64,000 nucleotides of DNA from Macrostomum hystrix (GCA_950097015.1 CATNEN010000003.1:15810001-15874000), one strand, 5' to 3'; positions 1 to 13,787 are shown, counted from the first letter of the stretch. The notes: generated by a model not told the origin, from the sequence alone. Translations and numbers: made by a program.

Positions 1-1344
1 GGTAGCTACATTGAAATCTTCATTTACTCCGGCCTAAAATGCGAGAGATTTAACTCATTTTACACAAAGATTCCGGTGCATTTTGTCTTTTTTTCATTTT
101 TTTCATTAGCCCTAGGGCAAATCAAAACATAACTTGATGGCCTCCTAACAATCACCTCACAAAAGTTCTGGGAGTTGATCGCAGACGAGTATGACGTCGT
201 TGTGGAAACTTAGTGATTGACAAGAGCGGCACACACAAGTGGGGAACACACAAAACTAGTAAAACACAACTCTGGGGAACCTGTAGCGCTTCAGTAGTTC
301 GCCATCGTCAAGGGCCAGCGGATCGCTCCTAAAGTTGACACATGGCATTGCAGTTTACAATGTCATGTCATGATATATTGAAAGAATAATATATCATTAT
401 CACTAACCTGTCCCGAAAAACCCGAGGAATACTTTGCCTCTCGGTCGCACGACGAGTAATTAAAACGGCAAACATTTTATTCCAAAAGATCGACTCTTGC
501 TGTTCAGATAGCGACTTGAAACTTAGGACAACTCTAGATGTGTCCTAAAGTTAAGATCGACCATGACAGTTTTGGTCATAGACAGTCTCTCTTGATAAAA
601 CGCACCAGTCGCAAGTTCGATCTTATCTTCCCTAAGGTCAGACCTAAGTTGGATCCCAGCTAAGATCGACTTTCATCTTCATAGAACACGTCGATCCTAA
701 ACTCAATCCTAAGTTTGATCTTAAGATTGTAAGTTCGTAAAACACCCCCCAGTCGGGAACAAGTATCAAAAATCACACAAGTTCAAGCTGCCTTCTTCTT
801 AATGACTTATTAGATTGTAGCATCTTGCTTATTTGTTATCCGTCGAACTCGTTATTCATTTCGACTCCCAAATCGAGTTTCAGAACAGATTTAGTTAGGG
901 GACATTAAAGTGTGTCAGAGCTGTGGTCGTCTCATTCTCTGTTGGTGCCATCTCCAAAGGTTTGTCTTGCTATCATGCGTGCTGGTGGACTCAATAGCCT
1001 ATCTCAATAAATATCTAACAGAATAATACGAGTATACGCTTCTTTTGATATTTCTCAGTTATCAGACACGGCCGTGGTTGAGCCCTACAACTGCATGCTG
1101 TCATGCACCAACTGGTGGAAATAGCTCCTACTTTGTGGAATTGATTCGCGGCTTGAAAATGTTCGTCACATTTATCGGCAACTCGACCTCCAAACAGGAG
1201 CTGTTCAAGCGTGCATCTGAACAATTCAGTGCAATGCTCAGAGACAAGGCCTTCTTACACTGTACGCGAACGAGAATTCGCATGGATGATCACGAATTTA
1301 TGGAGGTTGTAAGTTGCAAGTTCACAGGAATCTTTCCGCATGCT

Positions 1345-2012
1345 TCAAGTTGTTGATAGGGCTGTTCTTTCAAATCGTTTTTCAGCAACACGACGACGAC
1401 AAGCTACGAACGGGGCACAGACGACTGTTTTGAAGGCAGTGCGAAAGCTTTTGCCCATCAAATAAGTAAACGGATCGACAATGTTGTGGAGAAAGGATAT
1501 CCAGATGAGAATAGTGTAAATAATGTCGAGTTGACCTTCAGTGAGGAAAGCGTATCCGTACACATTTGAATAGCCTTGGTAAACTGACATGGCAGCTCGC
1601 TGGACGTGTTTCAGAAAAAAGATTACGTTCATGAGTATCATGACAAAGCAGGTTCCTAGGTTGCGAATCTTGCGAGCCTTTGAGTCATCGTTGGCAGACA
1701 TTTTAGCAGCTCTGCGCGCTTGTCGGTAACTATCTCGCAACTGGACAGAAGCATAGCAAATAGAAACACCTTGCCAAGGTATAGGTCAATATTGTACTGA
1801 ATATTGTCGATTGCTGTGAGCAGATCTATGTCGGTCAGCGGGCGGCATCGCGTGCCGTCGTGAAACCATTTGGCAGCCCACAGGGCTGGCGCCAGACTGT
1901 CTAGCAGTGACAGAACGCACAGCAGCAGGCAGTTCCTCTTCACTGTGATGATTCGCTTCACCTTCAGTGGCATCACGACGGCCAGCACTGGCTCCAGAAA
2001 TATACAAATATT
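1345..2012 (-). pseudogene. Class A (rhodopsin-like) GPCR, TM3-TM7 part only, with a frame break near 1741-1769
   Basis: Reads NICIFLEPVLAVVMPLK (ERY-motif position altered to EPV, then the typical LAVxxPL), a hydrophobic TM4 and an ECL2 Cys (GTRC). After a frame change come TM6 and TM7 with NIVDPFTY (DPxxY) and SFRTAF (helix 8). A CAG acceptor lies at 2013-2015. No TM1-2 exons were seen before the 3' end of CEP290. Confidence 0.65.
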
Positions 2013-2044
2013 CTGACGTTTTTTAATAAATAATTTATTTGCCT

Positions 2045-2201
2045 TTGAGTGGCAGAGCCTCTCACGCCAAGGTCCACGACTTTGAAGGTCGGGTGTTCGA
2101 TTCCCGACTCCACTGGAACGATTTGTGGCCTTGAGCGAGTTACTTTATTCTGTATCAGCTGGGTTAACTGAGGGTGGGGGTGGCGTCCCCCCAGTCCATG
2201 G
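2045..2201 (+). mobile_element. tRNA-headed CORE-type SINE (family 1), 3'-truncated
   Basis: A box TGGCAGAGC and B box GTTCGATTCC, followed by sequence homologous to the inverted neighbouring copy (ggcgtccccccagtccatgg). Confidence 0.7.
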
Positions 2202-2451
2202 GCCAGATGTCCAGACGACAACACAGACGCAACTATTGCGCTGCGCTTCCTAGGACTGCGTAAGGCTGTTCAGTCCATGGACTGGGAAGACGCCACACTC
2301 ACCCTTTAACAGGTAACCTATTTAACAGCTGGGTGAGCTAAAGCAATGCAGAGTTAAGTGTCTTGTTAAAAGGCATAAATTGTTCCAGTAAGTCGGGAAT
2401 CGAACCCCTGACCTTCAAGTCATGATTCCGACGCTCTAACCACTAGGCTAC
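2197..2451 (-). mobile_element. tRNA-headed CORE-type SINE (family 1)
   Basis: Minus strand reads gtagcctagtggttagagcg...ggttcgattcc...caagacacttaactctg...cacccagctgttaaatagg. The central part resembles the MIR/CORE domain, and related copies occur at 21962 and 49361. Confidence 0.8.
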
Positions 2452-3169
2452 AGACACTTCTGAAGGTGTGTAAAGCAACGGCATTACATGCAAACAAAAA
2501 TCCATTTTCGCATTTTAAATCTACTTAATTGTGACAGCCAAAACGTGAGGCTATAGCAAAGTTCGTTCTGGTCTGGCTAGACCAGCTAGCCAAAGCAGAA
2601 TGGGACCTATGGAGGCATGCTAAAATTTCATTTATTATTTATTTTTTTTTGTTTTTATCTATGTGTAATTTTACAATCAGAGATAAAGGTAGTTCATTAC
2701 ATAATCATAAGCATGTATCATTTAAAAATAGGTTGAGATTGTTTAGGGTCTGTACATTGTTGTGTACATTGCTTACCAAATTAAGGAATGATTAATAAGA
2801 AATACAGACTAAAGAAGGTGCGTATGTGAGGTTGCCATAACTAATTTGTGTCACAATGTGCTCAGTAAGAGAAAAAAACTGTTTAGTTACAGAGGCTTGA
2901 CTCTACGTAACTATAGGCTTTACATTAAATAAACTTAAAATAAAATGTTAAGTCAAGTATATCATATTCAAAAAGCATTTTATGGGCACAGCCAGTCACC
3001 AAAAAACAAATCACTGAACATTTCAGAAAAATACTCAAGTGGTTACAAGTGTAAATTAATTCGAAAATCTACGAGTTTAGACTTTGAGTCTGACGCTCAG
3101 GAGTCTCCTAAATAAAATATTTTTATCTCTCTAAATTATTTTAAATACTCAATTCATTAATCAGTCAAA

Positions 3170-3315
3170 GCGCTTGCAGTCCTATGGTTAGAGCCCTTGT
3201 CTTCTGTCTGATAGAGTCAAGGGTTGTTATGACGAAAAAAAGAAATAAATTTGTGCCCTCAAGCAAGACACTTAATTTCCTGTTGCTTAACTTTATCCAA
3301 ACAGCTATATTTTAA
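3170..3315 (+). mobile_element. Degenerate family 1 SINE remnant
   Basis: tggttagagc followed by gcaagacacttaa...ttgcttaact, matching the family 1 head and core. Confidence 0.5.
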
Positions 3316-3420
3316 GTTACGAATATATCTAGTTTCTTACAGAAATATCAAAATAAAATGTCATCAAATAGTCGAGCGGGTTTCTATTTCTACAAAATTT
3401 GAAAGCTGAAATCACTCATT

Positions 3421-6400
3421 TTAAGTGTCGTCACCCAGCCTCGCGAGTAGCATTTGTCGCTCAACCTTCCACTGGCGTTCAGCTTCAGCGAAGTCTCTCA
3501 ACTGCTCCTTCAGCATTGCCATTGTGCGCTCCCGGGAAGCTAGCTCAGCCTCCAACTGTTGAACCTTGCCAGAGTCAGCTTCCGGACCTCGAAATTGTGC
3601 AGTCTGGAAGCCGCCTGTCGATGCCGCCGCATTGTTGTGACCCGAGCTGCCAGCTTCGGCCAGCTCGCGCTGCAGTCGCGCCGCCTCCTCTCTGGTTCGG
3701 TCGTGGCTCTGGCACTCGCGCTGCAGCTCGCGCCTCAGCCGCTCATAGTCCTGCATGAGCTTGGCCGTGCCTCGCTCCTTGGCCTCGTAGCGCTCAGCCA
3801 GCTTGGAGCCCATCTGTTCGCGCAACTCGCTTAGCTGCTGACGCAGGCCGTCATTCTCCTGACGAAGCTGCTGCAGCGCCTCCTGGCTGACAATACCAGG
3901 CGCTCGCTTCAAGCGTTCATTCTCGGCTTCCGTGCGTTTGACTACATTTTTTAGGCGGGCGATCATCTCCTCGAGTTCGCGGGTTGATTTGCCACTGTCG
4001 CCAATCTGCGAGACGAATGCGCGAGTGGAGACTCTTAACAGTATAGAAGACCACGGGGTATTTCAAATACCCACTGCACGACAGCTCCCAAACCGAATGA
4101 CCGATTTTCGTGAAAGTCCAACATTTGGATTAAAATTTTCCACCCTTTACCATGAATTTTAAATTTTACGTAAATTTCTAAAAAAACAATGCTTATTTTT
4201 GTGGTTCTTGCCAAAAGACACTCCGACAAGAATCGTTGAAATTCTTGACGATGCCGCCGATGTATTGTGACTCTCATTCAGTAGGCTATCGAGAGTATTT
4301 ACACATTTTGTTAGTAGTTTTCATTTCAAAAGTCACCAGCAAAGTAGTAACTCACCCTGCGAATGTTGCTAGTGGAGCTGGTGCTTGACCGAGCTGTGTT
4401 GCCAGCCGCTTCCAACTGGGCCTTCTCCTGCTTTAACAACTCCACGTATTTAGTAAGGTGGGCAACACGCTCCTGAAAGGTTTTTATTAGATATAGTAAC
4501 AAACCAATAGCACCTTGAAAGGATAGATACGGAGAAATGACACCAGAACAAGTCAGGCTGCGGAAACAAAGCAAACTCGTCCCTCACCTTCAGCCTCGGC
4601 AAATCACGTCGGGCCTGATCGACCTCGAATGTCAGGTCTGTGTTCTCGCGTGTCAGGCCGGCAACTTGAGTCTCCAGTCGGCGTTGCTTCTCTCGCATTC
4701 GCTCAACTTCAACTGAGAACTCGGGCTTCTGCAGTCTGAGCTGCCTCTCAAGCTCCTCCGTTCTCTCCTCGAAAACGGCCACCTGCCTCTTCAGCGCGTC
4801 TTTCTCTCGCTCGTCTCCCAGCGTGTGCAGCTGATAGCGCAGTCTGGACACTTCTTCTTCCAGCTGGAAATTTTTCTCACGAACATCGGCGTCGGCAATT
4901 TGTAGTCGACTGCCGGTGAGGCGCGCGACGGAGACCGACTCCTGCCGCCCCGGTGGACCGTGCTTTGAGGTCCCGCCGCCTGTGCTTCGCTCCAGAGCGT
5001 TCTTTGTCAACTCGAACTGGCGTTGCAGTCGGTCAAACTCGATCTGGTTGTTTCGAGTCGAGAAAAGTTTCGAGTTATAATTTAATAATGAGCAGTGTTT
5101 TGGGGATAGAGGGACGTATCAATAGAATATTGGTATTATCAAATTCACACCTGCTTCTGTCCAAGTTTATCTTTCAACTTGTCTATGGTCTTCTCCAGTC
5201 GTTTTCGTTCTTCCCACTCCTCCATGCCGCCACTACGTCCGCCGCCGCCGCCGACGCCGACGCCGATGTCAGTCTCGAACGGTTTCTCCGGTCGCTGACG
5301 ATAACGAACGTTTTCTTCTTCAAGTAGGCGCACTTTGCGACGCAGTTCTTCCACTTCAACCTTCGTCTGGTCGTCAGCCGCACCAGACCGCTAAAAGCGT
5401 TTGTTTGAGACGGATTCTAGAGTTATTGTCAAGAAGTACAAACAAACTGTTTTAAAAATAAATGGAGCGTTTGATGGGTTTTCTGGTGATTGAGACCTGA
5501 AATTGGATCTCATCGATACACACCAACCCAACTCGGACAAATCGACATCCTTTTATGGAAAAAAGTCTAGCATTAGAAGGCAGAAAAAGCCAGTGGAACT
5601 CACTCTAGCCGCCTTCATTCGTTCCATCCGCTTCTGCAGCTCCTCCATCTCCTGTTCCAGACGGTTCTTTTCCTTTCTCAGTCGAGACGCCGCGGCCTCC
5701 GCGCGCGCCACCTCCTCGCGCAGCTCCTCGCACTGTTGCACTGCCGCCTCCTTGTCTTCGCGCAGCTTTCTGTGCTCCGCTTTAGCTTTGAAAGCTCGCT
5801 CCTTGGTCTGCTCCAGCTCTTCGGCTATCTCCTTGGTGTGCCTCTCTAGAATGCGGTGCAAATCGCGCTCCTGTTCGTTCTGGACTCCGCCGGCCTTGGC
5901 GGTCTCCTCCGCGTGGAAGACCATGTCCGCGCGCAGGTCCGTCAGGGCCTTACTCAGAGCTCGCTGCTGCTTCTCCTTCTCTTCTAGCTGCATCTCCAGC
6001 TTGCGTACCAGGTTCTTCATGGTGGCTGACGGACCGCGCTCATTCTCGGCTTTCTGACGTCGCAGATCCTCCCGCATCTGTTGCACAAGGGCGGACTTTT
6101 CCACCACCTGTCAAAAATCCAACAATAGAGAATTTCTGCTAAAGAGTCCTCACTCAATAAATTAGCTAGTGTTATTTGTCTCTTTAACGCCAAAGGCGAT
6201 AAAGACTAAAATCTGCAGCTGGCCACTCACCTCCTGCTTGGCCTTCGCCACCTCCTCCGTACAATGTCGTTTCTCTTCGTCCACCTCCTCCTTGAGCGCA
6301 GCTCTCTCCGCCTCAAAGCCCTTGTGCGCTGTGTCGTAGCTCAGGCGCCAAGTTTCGGCCTCGCGGCGAGCCTCCCTCAGCTCACTCTCCAGCCCGGCTG

Positions 6401-9400
6401 ATCTGCCCCTCTCGTGAGCCAAAAGCTCCTGCAGCTCGTGCAGCTTCTTCAGATGCTTCCGCGTCACCGACTCTCTCGGAATTTCGCCAGAAGCCGTGGC
6501 ACCCTGCTGAGAAGCTACCTGCCTCATCACCAGCTCCTCTTTCTGAGACAGCTTGTCACGCAGCATCCGAGCCTCTTCATTGTGACGTCGGACAGCCGTT
6601 TCCAGATCATCTTGAGCGCCTTTCAGAAGCTCTTTGTACTTTGCCAGGGACTCTTCTTTCTGTTGCAGGCGAGCCTGAAGAGAAGCCACCGTTGTCTGCG
6701 CAGCGTGCAAAGTTTTCGCTTCAACGAAATTCTCCATCGGATTAGCGGCCGATGCGACCGCTTCGGCTTCAGCTGCAGCTGCGGCAAAATTACGATCTCG
6801 TTCAGCTGTGGCCGGTAGGCGCAGTCGCAACTCGTTGATGGCGCGCTCCTTCTTGATGAGCGCGCGTTCTCGCTCCTTTAGCGTCTCCTCGAGCTCCTTC
6901 ATCTGCATTTTTAGTCGTTTGTTTTCGCTCTCCAAGTCGAAGATAGCTTTGATCTTCTGCTTGATAGTGACGATGGCTTGCTCCAGTTGCAGTGGTAGCG
7001 GCAGTTCCCTGTCTGGAACGTCGGAAGCGGTGGCGTCGCCTAGACGTTTCGCAGTGCCCGCCAGCTCAGATCCGGCTGACTCCATGCGAGTGACGACCCG
7101 CTCCAGTTCGGCTTCCCGCTGCTCCCAAAGCAGCTGGCGCTCTTCGTAGTCCTTGCTGAGGCGCACAGCGTCCTCTTCCAACTGGCCAATGAGGGCCTCC
7201 TGACTGCGGACGACACCTTCGAGATGCTTAACCTACATAGGGGCGTGGGGTGAGAAGTTTTTGTAGCAAATACAAAGTAAATATTGTATTTATTCTAATG
7301 GAAATATTATATTTTTTCGCACCTGTTGTCTGGCCCTCTCGCAGGCCCTTCTCTGCTGCAACTCCTGCAGTCTGAGCTGCTCCATTCGCTGATGCCATTC
7401 AGCCACCTTCTTGGCGCCGGTGCCAGTTCTCAGCGCCTCCTGCAGCTCCGCCTGAGTTTCTTGGCGCGTCTTCATTGCCAGGAGTTCGTCTTCTGCTTTG
7501 GCTCGCTGCTCCTCAGCCTCTGTAAGCAGCCGCTTGGTTCGAAGCTTGTCCTCTTGTAGGGCCAGAAGAGTCTTGGTGAATCGCTCCTGCAGAGTTCGGG
7601 ATATGTATCGTTTTCCTGTGAACTAGCTCGTACACAAATCCGCTGCTTACAATAAGCAAGCATCTATAATAGCAGGAGCAACCTGTCTGTCTCGAATGAA
7701 TAGAATCTCACCTGCTTCGCCAGAGGAACACAGCCGGCAAATTGGCTGCGCAGGCTGCTGACAGTCTCGCGAAGTTGTTTGGTTCTGCTGCGGCACTCCA
7801 GCCGGTGCTGGCTAAGCGCCTCGTCCCGCTCATCGACGCGCTGCTCCAGGCGAAGCATTTGAGCTTCGGAGCGGCGCGACTTTGCAAACGAGTCTTCTAG
7901 CTTGCGCAGGGCTGTCGTCTCTGACAGCTGCAGCTGCACAATGTGCCGATGTAGGCGCCCAATCACAGCCCTCTCGTCGCTCTGGCATTGAAAATCGAGC
8001 AGCTGCTGCCTAAGACTTGTGAGCTCTTTGTCCTGAGACACCTGCTGCTCGCGGAAGGTCTTCGACTGACTCAGAGCGATGTCGCTGAGCTCTCGCAGTC
8101 GCTCAACCTCCTGTTTGAGCTTGAGCTCAGCCTCCTCTAGCTTGGTGATGCGCTGTCTGTCCCGATCGCTCGCTTCCTTGGTGACGCACGTTGCTAGAGA
8201 GTCGCGTAGCTCGCGCTCGGTTTTCTGCGCTTCTAAAACTCGAGCGGTGAGTTCGGCAAATTTCTCTTCCAGCTCGCGATTTCTCGAGTCGAGCTGCTGC
8301 AGCTGCAGCTTCTGGCCTTCGTACATTCGGCTAGCATGATCAGCTCGCTCGCGCTCGTTCAGCTCCTTCATCTCCAGCATGCTCAGCTTCTTCGACATGG
8401 CCACCTGGCTCTGCTCCGTAACTCCCGTGTCGACACCGCGTCGTGATAGATCCTCCATCGTGGCTTCTAGCAGATGACGCTTCTCTTTTTCCACAGTGAG
8501 CGCCTTCTTCAGAGTGTCATTATCTAGTCGCAGCTGCCGCAGCTCCATCTCCATGGTGTCAAGAGTCTCAGCCTTGTGCACCAGGCTGTTGTTCTTCTCC
8601 AGGAAGTCGCGGTACTTCTCTGTGAGCTCGTCCAACTTGCGCTGCATTCTGTCGAGGTCGTCCCGCGGCACGCAGTCAGCTAGTGCCTTTTGCAAGGCAT
8701 TCACTTTAAAGGCAGCGGTCTCCTTGAAGCGTCGATAGTAGCCCAAACGCTCAGTGACGGCCTTCTCCATCTCTGTGAATTCCGACTTAAGTCGAGAATT
8801 TTCTCGACGCAGCGTCTTCTCTGCCTCCTGCAGCGCTGTGAAGCGCCGAACCAGAGCTGCCTCGTTGCAGCGCAGCAGCGTCACCTGCCGAGTGGTCTCA
8901 ACCATTCGGCGCGCTTGCTCCTCCGGCTTCTGCGCCAGAGTGTCCAGCAGTCGGTCGAACTCACTCAGTCGAGCCGCGTCCTCCTGACGCTCGCCTTTTA
9001 ACTCTTCGAGGCGCTGATTTAGCCGGGTCTTCTCCTCGGACCAACTGCTGCGCTCTCGAAGGTGCTCGGCGTACAACAGGCTTTGCTGGTGCCTGTGAAA
9101 CGGATTTCAACGCATATTGCAGACCAGGTATGAAAACTAAGCGAGTTGTATCTTCTAATTTTTGTATAACTTTACAGCTAACTGTTACATCTGGGCTACC
9201 GAAAATGTACTCGTAGTAATTCATAGGCTTCAGTGTAGGCTTTCACAATCTATTTAGTAACGTCAGTCATCCAAAAGCAAACCCGAAAAGCACACTTCGC
9301 ACATTAAGGGTATTGTAACCAATAACTTCAAATAAACAAAATTTGGTAATTTGGTAATCACCTGGCAACCGCAAACTTGGCTCTGAAATGTTGCAGATTC

Positions 9401-12400
9401 TGGTCTAGCTTTGAAACTTCTTCTTTGCGCTTTTTAGTCTCGGCCAAGGCTTGCACCAGCTGTTCAGTGAGCGCATTGATAACCTCCTGTGAGGTCTGCG
9501 TCATGTTCTCCGGCAGGTTCAAGTTAAAGATGGTCTTAGAGGCTGCTCCGACGTTTCTCACCATGTCTAGATCGGCTTGCAGGCGTTCAGCTAGGGCTTT
9601 GGTCTTGTCCAGTTGAAGCTTATGCGAAGCCGTCTCGGAGCGAGATTCGCGCAGTTCCGCTCGGACCTCGTCGTAACGACCCTGCCGAAGGTGTTTAATC
9701 GATTTTAAGACATATTTGTTCAGCGCTACTTTTCCTATGTTTAAGTAGCACAGTTCCTTCTCACCTGCAAATGGTCCAGTCGGGTTTTCAAATACGAGCT
9801 GGCGTCGATGTCGCCAAGAACCTTCTTGGCTTCCAGAGCGGCGAGAAACTTGTCCAAAGCCGGACACTCCACGGCGCCAGTTTTTCGACTGTCCAGTCCA
9901 TCCTTGAGCTCTTTCAGAGCCGTCTCCATGGTTCGATTCTCCTCGGCCAGGCTTTCGTTGTGCGTCTTCAGTTGGCACAGTTTCCTCTCCTGCTCCTCGA
10001 ACTCGCGCGCCACCCGGCCAAGCTCCTGGCGAAGACCGGCAGCCTCGGCGCCGACGCTGCGTCCGGTGCGCGCCGTCTCGGGCTCAAGAAAGCCACCACG
10101 GCTGGACATCATTGTAGACGCCGGTGCGGCTGCTGACACTCCGGCCATCAGCCGAGGCTGAATCATTTCTTCCATGCCAGAATGAACACCGCCTGCTCGC
10201 TCGGCCTCAATCAGGCCTTCCAGCACCATCAGGTTTCCCGAGAGGCCCATTTGGGCGGCCTGACCGCCGCACTGCTTGGCCAGACTTTTCACCTGCCATT
10301 TCAGTCGCATTCGCTCGTCTTCTAAGCTTTCGATCTCTTTCTGAAGGACCATTATGGTCGCCGAGTCCTCTTCTTGTTGCACAGCTTTGGCCCGTCTGAA
10401 AGTTATTATGGTCGCCTCTGCTTGAATTACTGTTGATTAAATGCATATGATAGTTCCAACAACATATCGCTATCCTATACGGAAGAAAATGTAGGATTGA
10501 TAAGCTACCTCACATGAGCACACCATAAAGGTAGTGAATGACTAACCAAGGTACACTCAAACCACTATATGTTAGTATGTTAGGGAGGGAGTGCATGTAG
10601 TACATTTTGTAGGCATCAAAGTACACCGCCAAGGCATAAAAACTGCCTCTCACCGATGAGCTGCTGTGTCCAGCACCTCATCTGGCCCGATGCCCAGGCG
10701 CTCTCGCATCATCGAGTTCTCAATGCGCAGATTGTCGGCATCGTCGTGCAGCTTGTTAATCTGTCGCACATAGTCTTCAATCATGCGCCGGCAGTACTCC
10801 AGCTCGCGTTCCTTTGCTTTGGTCTCATCGACGGCCTCCTTCAATCCGAAAACTCCGGCCACAATCTGGTCGTTTCGTTGGACCAGCTCTTCGTTCTTTT
10901 CTTCGAGCTCGCGAGACGCCTTCTCCGACTCGAGCGCCTGCTGGTGACCTTCTTCTAGCCTCTGCTTGAGTGCCTGGTTCTCTTTGAGCAGTTGACCGAT
11001 TCGATCGGCTTGTCGGCTGACCATCGTGTTCCCCGAAGCTGCCTGATCCTGTTGGAACTGTTCAAGCATGGCCTTGACTCGGTTACACTCATCCGTGCCC
11101 TCGCTGAGCTCCTGACGCAGCTCGTCTATGGTCGTGTCTCGCTCCTGCAGTCGCTGTTGCAGCTTGGCCAGCTGTTCTTTGCTAGCATCAACACTCAGTG
11201 CGCCCAGGCGAGATCGAAGCTCGCGTACCTCCTGCTCGGCCCGGTGCAACTCGTCGTCTTTGTCGGCGAGAAGCTTGCGCCACTCTTCGACCTTCTCGTT
11301 GACGGCGTTCATAATGTTATCGTCGTCGCGGCGCAGCATAGCGATCTCGTCTTGGAGCTCCTGCACCTGCAGGCGTAGTACCTCGATTTGACCAGCGGCG
11401 TTAGCGGCCTCGGTGTCCTTTTGATCCACGTAGGCCTGAGGAGCACGGAAGAAAGGATTGCATCTTTGTATACGCGCACTATTCACAGGGGCGGTAGGCA
11501 TATGCACTTGCGCATTGTTTAGGGACAGTCAACCCTTGGCCTGTGAGGAGACCACTCTGTCGATTTTGCTGACCCCCTGAGGGTACACAGGCCAACAGAT
11601 ACAACAGGTGTGTACATCTAACCTGACTTTCTCATCGCCCACTCTCATGTGCCTAGGTATAGTTGACCCTCATGGGCTCAAACTGTACGAGAAGCCTATA
11701 AGCCTTTTCTCAGCGGCTGCGCCCCAAATGGCTGTGAATCGCTCACCTTCATGTCCTGGTAGCGGGCGCAGAAGCTTTCATATTCAGCCGCGCCATCGAG
11801 CAGCTCTTTTTGACATTTCTCCAATTTTTCCTGCAGATCCGCCTTGCTTTGCAGGGCCAGGTCAAGGTCGGTTTTCAATTGGCGCACCTTCTGGTTCAGA
11901 TCGCTGATGGCGTACTTTGTCTCCTGGCTTTTCTCGCTGCGCTCGATTCGCTCCTGAAGACTAGTCACGCGACTGCTCAGAGAACGATTCTCACTCTCTG
12001 TTTCAGCCAGCTTCTGTTCCAAACTGCTGCGCTTGTTCTCCAGGTCTTCATTTTCTCCCGTGAGCTGATTTTTGGTGGTTATTGAGCATAGAAACGTATT
12101 TAATTAAATCAGAATATTTGATTCGTGATTCCGTGGTTCCTACCTTGCTGATGTCTTGCTCCTTCCGGCGCACGTCGCTCTGCAGTGACTCCACTTCCTT
12201 GTGCAGTCGCTCGTTCTCGTTCAGTATGTCCAGCTCTTTGTCGGCGTCGGTCCCGCCCTCCTTGGCAGTTCGGCGAAGGCGCTGATTTTCCTTTTCTAAA
12301 TCGTCCAGAGCTGTTTGTAGCTCCCGGTTTTGCTTTTCCATTCGTTCGTGTGCAGTCTTCTGCGAGTCGATGATGGCATCGTATAGGTTCAAAACCATCT

Positions 12401-12623
12401 CGGCATCGCCATCGACGTCCATGTCACCCGGGTCGAACTGTTTTATTTTCGATCAGGAAAGCAAAACGTTACTTTTTGCTAAGGGCGAAAATAAACTTTA
12501 GACTGTATAACATTTTTGTATTACTACGATACTTACGTCATTGATCTTGTCTACTATCGATTTGACATTTTCAGCAGTCACAGAGGACGGGTCGATTTTC
12601 CGTAAGTCTTCCAGCGATACCAT
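3421..12623 (-). CDS. CEP290: Centrosomal protein of 290 kDa (ciliary transition zone), 14 exons: 12623-12537, 12437-12144, 12064-11747, 11435-10654, 10395-9765, 9681-9362, 9092-7712, 7586-7323, 7232-6231, 6107-5604, 5390-5151, 5043-4588, 4472-4356, 4005-3421
   Basis: Long coiled-coil exons contain CEP290-like blocks (RRFKETAAFKVNALQKAL, ELTEKYRDFLEK, SKKLSMLEMKELNERERADHA, DFQCQSDERAVIGRLHRHIVQLQLSE, INELRLRLPATAERD). All introns are GT-AG, and exon lengths sum to 6981 nt (in frame, 2326 aa plus stop). Confidence 0.95.
4048..4275. mobile_element. One-ended fragment of the MITE seen at 60772-61230, in the last CEP290 intron
   Basis: Starts agaccacggggtatttcaaatacccactgc, nearly identical to the 60772 terminus, and shares the internal motif gacaagaatcgttgaa..c.tgacgatgcc. 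Confidence 0.65.
11470..11731 (-). mobile_element. Diverged headless family 2 SINE occupying most of CEP290 intron 3
   Basis: Minus strand catttggggcgcagcc...agaaaaggctt...gcccatgaggg...aggcaca..gagagtg...cgatgagaaagt...ctcaggggtcagc aligns in order with the copy at 41817. Confidence 0.65.
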
Positions 12624-13787
12624 GGCTGAAGGACTCTCTATAATGTTTGGAAATTCTCAATCTATGAGCTCGGTGAAGATTTTGATAAAAGCCAGATAAT
12701 ATTTAAAATGAGATTACAACTCTACATGGAGGATACAGCCATTCGTTGATACACAGCAAAACCAATGCTTAACATACTCTAATAATGTGTTTTGTGCTTA
12801 AAAAGAGTTTACTATTGTATACATTAAGTGGAAGAAAATAGTATAAATATAATTAAAACATATAAATTATAAAAACAATGCATGTCAGCAGCCAGCTATA
12901 AAAACAAATCAGAATGAAATCAAACAACAGCTGGCTAATAAATGCTTAATTTTCTTAACAACTTTCACAGTAAAGCTTTTTAATGCAACTTGGTATTTTC
13001 TAAATGAAATATTTAAAGTGTATATAATACTTTGACTTTGTTGACTTAAAAACTAAGTTAGTATACTCTATAATTTAAGGAAGTATGTATAAAACATAAA
13101 AAACAATACTTTTTGATAAATATGATCAATAGTTTTACTTAAATTTAAACAGTGACTAGCTTTGGTTATTCTCAGAATAACCAAAAGCCATATTTATGAT
13201 GTAAATTCTAATATGCTTATTCTAATGTAAAGTAAAAAATGAACTTAACATAGCTAGCACCTAGAGTCTTCTGATAGATGAATAGTATAATTTTAATTGA
13301 ATCAATAATAAACACAAAATGATTAGAATTTGAGTACAAATAAATCAATTATTCTGTCCATAACTCCTTGTGCACAAAACTTTAAATGATTTGGTTACGT
13401 ATCCGTATTTTGCTAAGTCGAAAGGCTTAATATTTACTGTAATTTCAATGGATTATAAAAATTGTGTAATGCGACACTATATTTAATAAGTTTTACACCG
13501 AACGGTTAAATATGCTACTCAAATAGAGACAGTTAAATTTAGCAAACGGTAATAAAATCAGAATGGAATGAAATATAGGAACGAAATTCCATGTTAGAAA
13601 TAAAAGACCTAAACATCTAAGAGACACAAAGTTGTTATCTAAATTCTGTGAATTACTATTTTATTACTTATGTAATTATATTAAATTACGAATAGAAAAC
13701 TTGCTTGAACGCTTTTTAAGCAAAACATATCTGTTTGTTAAAACGCACACAATTAGCTCCGGCTTTTGCGAAACGGTGACTGTAAAG

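Noticed and set aside
480-752. Recurring aagatcgac/cctaa motifs ending in tcgtaaaacacccccc, MITE-like
   Set aside because: A matching opposite TIR and a TSD were not found.
3399-12373. Plus-strand and alternative-frame ORFs overlapping CEP290
   Set aside because: They are antisense shadows of GC-rich coiled-coil coding sequence.
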